Assembly: GCA_904063045.1 (NCBI GenBank)
Contig: CAJFCJ010000056.1
Coordinates: forward strand, 6,110-70,109
DNA: 64,000 bases
From: Dimorphilus gyrociliatus
Taxonomy: Eukaryota > Animalia > Annelida
Reading direction: 5' to 3'
The notes below the pieces were generated by a model that was given only the letters and a program-made list of their open reading frames with translations, did not search any database and had not been told where the DNA came from. Positions 26,661 to 37,500 of the stretch are shown piece after piece; the first letter of the stretch is position 1; each line of letters begins with the position of its first letter. The translations under genes and the position numbers were made by a program.

Positions 26661-27179
26661 TGAAATTTTGTTCATGGGAGAATGAACAAAACATTGTTTA
26701 GTGTCAGTGTGTGTGTGTCAGTGTGTGCGTGTGAGTCAACAAGTGTCTGTCAGTGAATGCTGCTGCATCTGGAAATATGTGACACTAGATATTGCCTCTG
26801 GGGTAAATGGCACCAAACTCCTAATATGGTTACCTACAACCCCAGCAGGAGAGTACAATAAGTAATATAATATAGTAATTTCAGATATGTAAAAGAATTA
26901 TTATAAAATTCCAAATATTTTCAGAGTAAGAGATACCAGTGTACTTTGTTGTATTGTAATTGTAGGAATTTCTGCTTCTTCAGAACAGTATTCGTCCTTT
27001 CCAATCATTTATCAACTCACCAAAGTACTCAAATAAATGGAATCTTTCAAGTTCCTACACAAATAGTCTCAAGAAATGTAATTTCAGTAGAAATTAATCA
27101 ACAAAAGGCTGGTATTTCATTTAAAGAAAATGTATTGAGTAAATGAGTTTCTAGTTCTAAACAACTAAGTTTAAACAAG

Positions 27180-27752
27180 CTCCTTGTCCTGCATACATAT
27201 TACAAAAAGGATCAAAGTTTGTTGTAAGAAATGAAAATCATCTTCATAAGTTGCATTAAAATCTGGAAAATGTTCTTCAATCAAGAATGGACTTGAAAGA
27301 AATGGCAACTGGTGACAATGGAAAAACTGTTAAAAGATGATATTATCCTAAAATTTAAAGAAGACTTGCCAGAACTAGAATCATTAAGATGAAAATCTTC
27401 TTGATATAAAGAGATAAAAGACCAAAGCATCCTAGAGATTTTGATTTTGAAATCAATCTGAATGAAATTCCAATGGATTTCTTATTAAGAGATATATGTA
27501 AAATTTGGTTCATTGATGCAACATTTAAAGTTGTTAGAGATCCATTTTATCAAATCTTTTCAATTCAGGATTCTTGAAAAAATATGATTAATATCAACAA
27601 GTTCCATTGGTCTATGTTCTGATGAGTAGCAAGAAGAAAAACTTTTAACCTATCTTCAAGTGAGACACAATGCCTTTGGCATGATTGCCTCGAATGGGAC
27701 GAAATGTCCTAAAATGGGCCAAAAATGTCCTGGCGCCGAAAGTCCTGACCCC
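27180..27752 (+). mobile_element. MULE transposase remnant with right terminal subrepeats, inserted in the BEL 3' LTR
   Basis: Encodes WFIDATFKVVRDPFYQIFSI and QVPLVYVLMS (MULE first-D region). aaatgtcct subrepeats end in gacccc. Flanks gtgacacta (26779-26787) / gtgacagta (27753-27761) resemble a 9-bp TSD. Confidence 0.7.
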
Positions 27753-29411
27753 GTGACAGTACAGGTGAGAGCCAAACGAAGTTATAAATAAATTGTAACA
27801 AAATTATTATAATAATTCGTGATACGAGTAAAATATAAATCTTATAAATTCTTTTTCTATACTTTGGTTCAATGTTATTGTCTGCTTGAACTTCTGGGTA
27901 AACCTAATGTTGGTAATCATCTTTTAGCTGTCCATAAATTTGAATTCCCATTGAACTAAAGCCAACAATATGTAAATAATCTTCAGGTGAACCAGAAACA
28001 TCATGACATATTGATTTAGTCATTAGACTTGGATAATCCAGAACAATTGTCTAAAAATGTGGATTGCCCTGATGCAGAGACCATGGATCAGCATTATTGG
28101 AACATCAAGACTTAATGTTATAGCATCAAAAATTGTACAATTTACTATGAATAGTGTTGACTTTAGGGAATCAAGTTTTTCAGCTGTAAGATAAGTATCT
28201 TGATCATAGAAGGTGATTTGTTTTCAATTTATGAGTACTTCATCAGGATTATGAACTGAATAACTAAACAAGGCAAAAAAATTTTACATTAATTTTTTGA
28301 GGTGATATTATTTTTAGTAAGAATTTTTAAAATATTCAAAGTCTCCACTTACCTGCAATATAATTCAAAACATTGATGAAAGAATGCAGTAGCTCTTGTA
28401 TTGTTTCAATACTTGAAATTGGTAAGGCAATTTTTAACACTTCTTTAAATCCTTGCTGGCCAATCAATTGGCTTGATTTCATTCCTTTAAAAGACCTTTT
28501 TTGTTCTTTAACAAAACGTTTAAAAAAATAACAAAAAATTGACTAATTGCTCATACAAACAAAATTAGGAATAAGAAGCAACTGGTTCTTGAAGCCAATT
28601 ATTCTTTAGCCTATATTAAGCCTTATCGAGATTTTTATAAGGCTATAAAGACTGTAGGGATATTGTACATTTAGCTTTTATCATACAAACAAAAAAAACG
28701 TCTTATTCATGAGCCAGATAATGAACTTGACCATAGAATATTTTCTACTGTCAAAACACTGGCTGTTGAAATTCCATCTGGCAGTAAAAAATCCAACTTG
28801 TGTTATTAATAATGTTTACAGTTGTTAAGAAGGTTTTAAAAATAGCTGAGACCAAGTTGTAGCATGTCCTGGTGGTGTTTTCAACAAAACATTTTAATAC
28901 ATCCAGACAAGGATATTTTTGTCTAGCCCCTTTTTTTTGTATCCTACCATAATGGGAAATTGTTGAATAAGTCTGCATATTTACCTTTAGGTTTAATTTA
29001 CAATATTGTGTGAAAGAGAAAATTATTAAACATACTATAATCCCTCAAAACAGAAATAGAATACTTAGTTAAAGATTACAGTTACACCTAAAAGTTATTT
29101 TTTTGTCTCTCTCCCTACAAGACACTGTTCATCAGTATTTAAATTGGAAATATGGGAATTTGTTTCTGAAAACAAAATGTTATCATTCATGCAATATATA
29201 ATCCAGGTTATATTTAAATTTTTAAATTCAAATTAACTTTAGTCTTGTTATTTAAAAAAAAAAGATATTGAAAAACAACTCGCTGATGTTCATAATGCTC
29301 TTAAAGGAGAGTTTATGAGTATGGGTTTTCCAACTAATATCACTCTACGTATAGCAAATACGGAATGGTATGAATTGGTTAAATACAGACAAAAAACAAA
29401 GAAAAACTTAC

Positions 29412-30096
29412 CACATCCATATAATTCAAAAGCTGTTGCTGCATAGAAACCAGACATTGGGGTTAATCTTAATGTATCAGCTTGAATTTTCTTGTTGAAA
29501 TTAATTTTATTAATTATATTCCATGTTGTTATTGTATTTCCATTAAAGATCTGTTTCAAAAAAAAATAATAATAACCTAATTATTAATCCTTAAAATTAC
29601 TTTTAAAATTTAAATTTTTAAAACAACTTTATCTACTCCGTTTTCATCTGCATAATTAAATATTTGACCTCCATTCAATGAATATGATAATTTGAAAGTT
29701 GATGTATAATATGGTTCGTAGTTTCCATCACTGCACCAACAATCTCCTCTAATTTCAAGGCTGTGAATATCATAGATCTCACCTGAAAAGCAATTAAATG
29801 TTCTATTGTGAAATATTTTTTATTTCATATTGACCTAGATATATTTGTACCCATCCATTTCCATAATGAACAGTCATCCATGATGTTAATCTACCATCTG
29901 AAATTCTTACATGATATGGTTCTCTATCTCCATAAGGCAAATGATCAGAAAATTGTGAAACTGGAAACTTGGTTTCATTGTAAATTCCAATTTTTTTTTC
30001 TACACAATAATTCGATGACAGACAATAAATACAACTATTTAACACAACAATTGTTACATGTAGCCATCTTGAACTGAGTAGTATTGAATTTCTCAT
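29412..30096 (-). CDS. Secreted F5/8 type C (discoidin) domain protein, exons 30096-29835, 29782-29628, 29550-29412; 3' part unresolved
   Basis: Spliced translation WVQIYLG-EIYDIHSLEIRG..YYTSTFKLSYSLNG..IFNGN..LRLTP..AFELYGC, with 52- and 77-bp GT-AG introns. Hydrophobic N-terminus. Confidence 0.8.
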
Positions 30097-32210
30097 ATTA
30101 TGAAGTTTTGTTTTCTTGAGTTTGTTTTTTTACAGTTATTATGTTTAAAACAATTTTGAAATTGTTGTATGAAAGTAGCTACTATAATTATGAAACTTGA
30201 CAATTTTCATAAATGGCTTCACATAAAAAAAAGATTGACTAATTGAAAATGAAAAATATAAAGAGGACAAAACCTCTAAAAAATTAATTTAATTATTGTT
30301 CTAATAATGACTATCACTAATATATTCAAATAATCAATTCTCGAATCTTCTATACTTCATATTAAATTATAATTTATTCAAACAATGTGTATTTGTTCTG
30401 GAAATAGGATTTTACATGAAAAATTGAGTAAAGGAATCTTGTTTTCAACCAATTAAAAGACACCAGAATGTATTCTTTTATTATAGAAATATTTTTATAA
30501 TTTGGACTGTTGTTTTCATATATACTTTCTTAAATTTTAAATATAGGATTAGGTAAGGAGAAAAGTGTAGAAATGGAATAATTCCCACTGTTTTAGAAAT
30601 ATTTTTCTCTTCTTACCTCTGAAAGAAGTCTTTCAAAGTTGATAGATTTTTTAAAAAACTGTTGATTTTGATGGCAAATTTTAAATATGTTAAAAACTAT
30701 TTTAGCATCAGTAACAATTGAATGAATTGAATAATTTAAATTGTTGATAGTGATTGACTTTTCAAATGACAAATATTTCCAATAGATAGAATAATTCCAG
30801 TAATTAGTCCACTTAATGGTGCTTTATCACTAGTATCATTTAGAATATTTGAAATTCCTTGGAAAGTTTGTTATATTAAAAATATTTTTCAATTTTTTAT
30901 TATAATTGTACTCAACCAATATAGACAAGTGGTGTCCAAGCCATCATATTCAAATATGATGATGATAATGCAATTAAGAGTTATTGTAAAATTGAAAATT
31001 TGATGAATTATCTAAATGAATTTGATCTCTTTATGAAGCAATTTCTCTGACAAGTAAAATGTATACTATAGCTATGGTTTGCCTTCCAGCACATTCCTTG
31101 TGAAAAGTTCCAGAGCAAAGATAATCAATTAATGGTGTCTTATGAACTTTTTATATAATTGATAATCAATTGATAGAGATAAATCACAATTATTATTCCC
31201 ATACAGATTAAAATGTATACATCCTTTGGTTTCCAAAAGCATATATCATTTCGGATTACTGTCTCTATTCTTAAAGTAGATATTCCCATAGTGTAAGTTG
31301 ATTTTTTGATGAGTTGTATCCAAGCAATAATGTATTTTATTCATTCTAAATAAATTTCACTGACTTGCTATTTAAAATGTCTGACAAATAAAGAATTATA
31401 AAATGGTTTAGTAGTGGTTTTTAATATTCAGAACTTAGAATCTCCAGAGAATGGAAATCCTCATATATTTCTTTAGAATTAATTAATAAAAAACAATAAT
31501 CCTCTGTGGGTAGACTTTCCAAAAAGTCATTTTTGCAAACATTATTTTGATTTCTTTTATATGTCAATACTCACATATATACATTGAAAACACACTGATC
31601 ACACTTTATAGTTGAAACATGAATTTTTTTGCCAACTCCCTAAACAATAACATTTAATATTTAAAATTTAGTCACTGTACACTTATGAACTATAGTTTAT
31701 AGATATTTTATGAATGATACTTACTATATGGTAGAAGTGTTGAAGTAGATGTTGCCTCCAGCGTAAAGGGTACCCAACTGCCAGAATCAACCCCTTTTAT
31801 AGGCAAAGAATAAAATGTTACATAACAAACATGTTACAAGTGTTTATTTACATAAATATGATGTAAGAATTGACCCTTGAAACCTACACAAAGTTGTTGT
31901 TGTTTACATCACTATTGCATAATATGATAACCCTTAACCCTGTTTGTTGTGAACAATCCTTATCTGGGGTTAGACCCTTGTTATTGACAGCCAAGGCATA
32001 AACAACTGATAAGTAATTGTATAAAAGCAGGGCATAGGCAGTAACAGGCATTCAGTCCTGAATCAACTCCCTTAGTGAACAGGTCTAGTATTACTTTAGA
32101 ATACAGTTATATTATTCTTATGTTTTGGTTCTATATTCATCCTTCATCAATTCTAATCTCCCTTCTAAGTGGCTTACTCCTGGTTCGGTTCTATTTGGAC
32201 CAGTACTTAC

Positions 32211-32462
32211 CTACAACCTCAGCAGGAAAGTACAGTCACCAAAGTCAATATCCTCTAAATCACTCAAAATAGGCACATAACCTCTTATAAATGACCTACA
32301 AGATGGACAATTAGGTTTTGGTAGATTTAATATACAGTTTTTACAGCTTACAACATGACAACAAGGCATTAACAAGACATTAGCAATGTTGCAGTAACAT
32401 AGTTTGCACAGAAGATGTTTTGTCTCTTGAAAAGTTTTAATGCCATTTGTCATTGTCAACAA
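32211..32462 (-). CDS. Small RING-finger protein paralog 3
   Basis: CKLCYCNIANVLLMPCCHVVSCKNC..NCPSCRSFIRGY, homologous to the genes at 377 and 10863. Confidence 0.7.
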   Translation of the reverse strand: MLTMTNGIKTFQETKHLLCKLCYCNIANVLLMPCCHVVSCKNCILNLPKPNCPSCRSFIRGYVPILSDLEDIDFGDCTFLLRL

Positions 32463-32696
32463 TGAGTTGAGAAATGTATATTTAAAAAATACTTTTTAAA
32501 ACATTTATAAACAATACTATTGAAAAATTGTCCAATTAGAATCCATTCTAAACTATTGATATTTTTGGAGAAACCAACTGTTTTAAATTAGAAAGTAAAG
32601 AAGTCCCAAAAAAAGATTTTATTAATAAATAACACTTTATTGCGTAATTTTTGTTAAAGAGACTTTTTCTCAGAAATTACATAATACTAAAAAAAT

Positions 32697-32903
32697 GGGA
32701 CTGGTCGAAAACAGCCATAAATGAAATATTTGAAAGTTAGATTTCAGCCTGGGAAATGGTCAGGAGGAATAAGATAACTGTTGATATGTTCTTAGGAGGG
32801 TCCCATCTAAGGGTTAGGGGTATTCAAAAAAATTAGCCAAAAACAAGGGCTGGGTTAGGGTTAGGGTAAAACCATACATTTATGGCCGTTTTCTACCACA
32901 TCC
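32697..32903 (+). mobile_element. 207-bp MITE with 9-bp TSD taaaaaaat
   Basis: TIRs gggactggtcgaaaacagccataaatg / catttatggccgttttctaccacatcc. taaaaaaat on both flanks. Internal gggttagggttagggt. Confidence 0.85.
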
Positions 32904-32949
32904 TAAAAAAATCTACATTCATTTAACCATTTTGTAAAATAATAGTTTT

Positions 32950-35355
32950 CAAAAAACCTGTTGCATGCAAATGGTGTACTGACTACATTATTAAATACAC
33001 AAAAAGAGATAATATATATATTCCTCCATTTCCAAACACAAATCTATCTGAACTTGGACCAAATTATATAGCTAGAAAATGCAATTTTACAAAAATGTTC
33101 CCTGTACTTGGTATGTATACTTCATGAAATAAAAATTATACAGAGATTCATTTTAATGGAGATGATAATGAATATGAGTTTTCTGTGGAAATTACAAGTA
33201 TTAAGTATTCTTCTTCTTTTCTGCAACAATATTGCATCTCAATATTTGAAAATGGTCTAGGACCTATAAGATTCTTTTTTCCATCTGAAGGAGAATATGG
33301 TATAAATATTTGTGGACAAAAACGAAAAATTGAACATAATTGTAATTGTTTATGTTTTAAATTTTTTGAAAAAGTACCAGAAAAAAGTTTTCCTACTATT
33401 ACTTCACATATTGTTAAAAGTGAAGAAAAAGCAAATTATACTTTAAAATTTCCAGATAATGGAACTAGAACTATTGGCAAACAAACACATTTCTTTAGGT
33501 TAAAATTAAGGATGGAAGATAATTTCCAATCTTATCAAGAATGTTCTAAAAATATACATTTTAAGATATTTAAAAAGATATCATGTCAATTTAAAATTGA
33601 ATTAAAATGGTATGATGAAAACAATGAAGGACATGATTTATCTATGTATTCATTCTTTGTAAATAGTTATGAAGATGTTACATTCTACATCAATTTTCCA
33701 TTACCAGGAATGTATAAATTTGAAATTGAAGGAAAAGAATTAAATTCCAGAAAAAATTATGAATTGATCTATAATTCTAATTTTTATGCAATTGAATCTA
33801 ATACAAATTCATTTCAATTTCCAATTGTTACTGATAAATGGAGAATTAGTGAAACTCATAAAATTCTTCAACCATTTAGAAAACTCTACTCAAATGAAAA
33901 AGTATTAATACAGATTGAAGGTTTTAAAGCTGATGAAATGATTGCCTGTTGTGTAAATGAAATTTTTCATTTTGACCTCTTTAATGATATATGGGAATGT
34001 GAAATTGACACTGGTGAAAATTTTGGAGATTTAGTTATTAGAGCAAAAATTTATAAAAATGCAAAAATTTTTACTGAAATTTTAATTTATAAAAATTTTT
34101 AAAAATCCAATTATGAAAATGGATAAACCTGCAGTAGAGAATAGTGAAACCACTAGTGAACTGGCTGAACCTGTAATAGGGAATAGTGAAATTAACAGTA
34201 AACTGGATAAACCTGCAATTGAGAATAGTCAAGCTATTAGTAAAAATGAAAATATAGAGGAGATAAATGCTTCACAAACAATTGATATTTCTAAAAATGA
34301 AGTATCTGATGAAAATGATTTTATTAAAGTAATGAAATATGTGCCAAATGTTCAATTTGAGACAATTGAAAATGCTACTAATATAGAAGAAATTGGTGAA
34401 ATAGATTGGTCATTAAAAATAGAAGAAGTTATCTATATCAGTGAATTTCTACCAGCTGATGACTCTGATGTTGGAGAGGATGAAACTCTTAAAATAAATG
34501 TAAGATATTTGTAAATAATGATTTATTCTCTTTTGTAAAAGGATTATTTCTTTCTAAAGGAGAATGAAAATGAAGAAGGTAAAGAAATGTCAAAAAAAAT
34601 TGTAAATAATTCAGAAGAAACTGCAGGAAAGCCAGGTAATAGAAATGATGAAAAGGAAGAGAAATCACAGCAACAACATACTAATCAGGAAGATGTAGCA
34701 AAGAAGGCATTAGGTAATTAAAATTTCACATCTAGATACTGAAATTGTTAGAAATATCATTAAAAATATTGTAGATTTGAAAAAGGCATATGAAGAAAAA
34801 GATTATAAAAAGTTAAAAGTAGCTATAGACAAAGCTTCTGTTAAACCAATAAATCCTTTATTAATTAAAGATTTATCAAAAGCTAATGAATTAAAAGCAA
34901 ATTTAGAAAAAATTTGTGGTTTGCAAAACAGGATTTTAAAACTTGATGCAAAATGTATTGCAGAATTAAATCAGTATAATCAACCACCTGCTGTTGTACA
35001 TCTGGTTATAAAATCAACATTATTGATTTTATCAATTGATGAAGGACAAACTGATGAATGGAAAGAATGTCAAGTTTTTATTAAATATGCATGCTCTTAT
35101 TCTATTTTAAAGAAAATTAAAGCTCTTAAAATCTTAACTGTAGATCCAGCAATCATTCTCAGAGCTGAACAAATAATTTGTGAATTAAATCTGCAAGAAG
35201 TCAAGGAGGCAAGTGCAGGTGCAGCAGCATTCTATTTATGGTGTAAAGGTAACATTGACATCTATAAAAAGATTAACAAAGAAGAAATAGGAAAATCACA
35301 GCCAGCAACCAGAAAAATACAAAAAAATATCTTTCTATCATCTTTTCATCATTAA
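32950..35355 (+). pseudogene. KY/hillarin-like protein, C-terminal part (Ig-like repeats, acidic linker, helical C-terminal domain); 5' part missing
   Basis: VTFYINFPLPGMYKFEIEG-type repeats; terminal exon YNQPPAVVH..W..SAGAAAFYLWC. In-frame TGA at 33125 and a frame break at 34102-34113. No transglutaminase core seen. Family call from memory of motifs. Confidence 0.5.
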
Positions 35356-36834
35356 GCTGTTAAGAAGACACTGAGCATGATTGCTTTCTTCATGATAGAA
35401 ACAATAATATCTGTTGAAAAATAAAAGGAGAAGAAATATAGCAGATGAGCTCCACAACAATGTGAGATATTGTACACATCCATTCATCAGTATTATTCTG
35501 AAACAGATAGTATTGAACTAGTATTGGAGAGTGCTGATAAAACTGCTATAGATTAGCTGGCTTCACCTACTTTCGCCCAAGGCTATGCTTTTACAATATG
35601 CAGCCACATGTTTTATTAAATTACAAAATAACTTTAATATTACAATTGGATTAATATATCAATCTATTAGCTTAAATTGATATTACTTTAATTATGGTTT
35701 TATTTGGAATTTTAGATTTTAAATCACTATTCAATAGTGTTGTATACACAATACTATTAATATGGATTATTTAGACATGCTTCCTCTGCATACACTGATG
35801 CTAAGTTTTTTAAACAGGATAGTTGATTAGATTTATTAAAGTAGAATACAAAATGGGTCAAATATATAATCCACATGTTTTCTTGATTGTTGGACTTGCT
35901 GTATTAAAATTGTTACATCTTATGCAACTGTCCAACCTGTGAAATTCAATTATTATTTAGAAGAGGAAAACAATAAACAGCATGACCATATTTACAACTT
36001 TACTTTGTCTTAAAATGTTACTTTTCTTTATGTGAACATTGAAATTTGTGAACTATCAACCCTTTGAAGAATATATAAACCTTAAATTAACAGTTAATAC
36101 TTCAGTTTTCTAACTAGCTTAAACAACCAGCTGACAGATAGAGAACTGAACTATCAACTGTTAATTTTGTGGGTTTATATACCCTTTTAAAGGTTGATAG
36201 TTCACAATTTGTAAATCTAAATATGATAAACATTTTTTTTATCTAATAGAATTCAATTCATGTACATTTGTTTTGATAAGAACATGTTCTGGAATAAATC
36301 CCCTACATGATGAATATTTCTGGTTTAGAAGACTAGAAATGCACTCTTAACAACTGATAACATGATTGAAGGGATGTATTGAAGGGTCTGTTAACTTATT
36401 GAAGTAAATTTTGCACTTTTAACATGTTTAACATTTTGAAATTCTCTTAATTCAGCATCTGATCAGTTGCCCAAATCTGTATTTAGCTAAGAAATTTTAT
36501 GAAATGTGTGGACAAAATTTTATTTATCAATAAAATAGGCATAGGAGAATAATTATTTTTAATGCAATAAATGAGTTATTAGTAATGATTACTAAAGTTA
36601 TTAACTTACTACTATACAGGTCTACATAATTTGAGTGTTTTTGATAATTGTCAATCAAATAGCTATAATTAGTTCTATAAATAGTTCTTTCACTAGTTTG
36701 CCAATGATTTAGTATAGAAAATAAGAATACATACTTAGGTTAGTTCTATACAATAACACCAATTAATGATTATTTATAAAGATAAATTAATTATCCAATC
36801 ATCAAATTTTTCCATGTTTCACATTTGAGTATAT

Positions 36835-37469
36835 TGTACTGCTCTTGCTGGCAAAATCTATGCGTTTGCAAGTTATAACAATACTGGTTCTACTCGAACC
36901 TTTAAACAAATGTTTAAATTAAAATGGTTTATTCGCAATAATAATACTTAAGCAAGTAACAATATGAGAGTTCAATAGCAGAGTAGATAGTTTGTAATAG
37001 CAGGTTGCCAAATTACCAAACTGTCTTCCAATGTTGAGGAGTAGATGGATGGTTCCAGTGGAGGTTGTTTCCAGATGATTTTCCCAGGTCCTTGGGTCCA
37101 GATGGAAGCTGCATGCCAAATGAGAATAATGAGGATTTATATACTTTGAGGTTTGTCTCTGACATCCAATCATCACTTTACAGTTGCCAAAATGTGTAGT
37201 TCATATTTATCTTTAGTAACAGGATGTTACAAGGTTCAACATTTAGGAAGGTTAATTGAATTATAACTTGGCCACACCCTAGGCAAGTTAATTAAATTAT
37301 AACTTGGCCAAACCTTTATTGGTAATTAAAGATGAGCCTTCAAGCTGACTAATCAGACTTATGTTTGGCCAATGTTATAGCATTTTCTTGCGTAGGTTTT
37401 AAGATGTACATGTATATGTTGCATAAAATAATAGAGTTCAAGGATGTAAAATATAACCAAAGTTGTACA
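36835..37469 (-). repeat. 3' LTR
   Basis: Direct repeat of 45516-46150; begins tgtac and ends gtaca. Confidence 0.97.
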
Positions 37470-37484
37470 ACTTCCCCCTTCTTT
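37470..37484 (-). promoter_or_regulatory. Polypurine tract
   Basis: Minus strand aaagaagggggaagt lies immediately before the 3' LTR. Confidence 0.85.
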
Positions 37485-37500
37485 GTGAAGATGAGTCCCT

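Larger units (their letters stand above)
23560..27845 (+). mobile_element. BEL/Pao LTR retrotransposon, internally deleted, 3' LTR interrupted
   Basis: LTR-like direct repeats: 23565-23870 vs 26682-26787 plus 27753-27845. Gag, triple Zn knuckle, protease and the start of RT lie between. The 5' boundary is uncertain. Confidence 0.8.
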
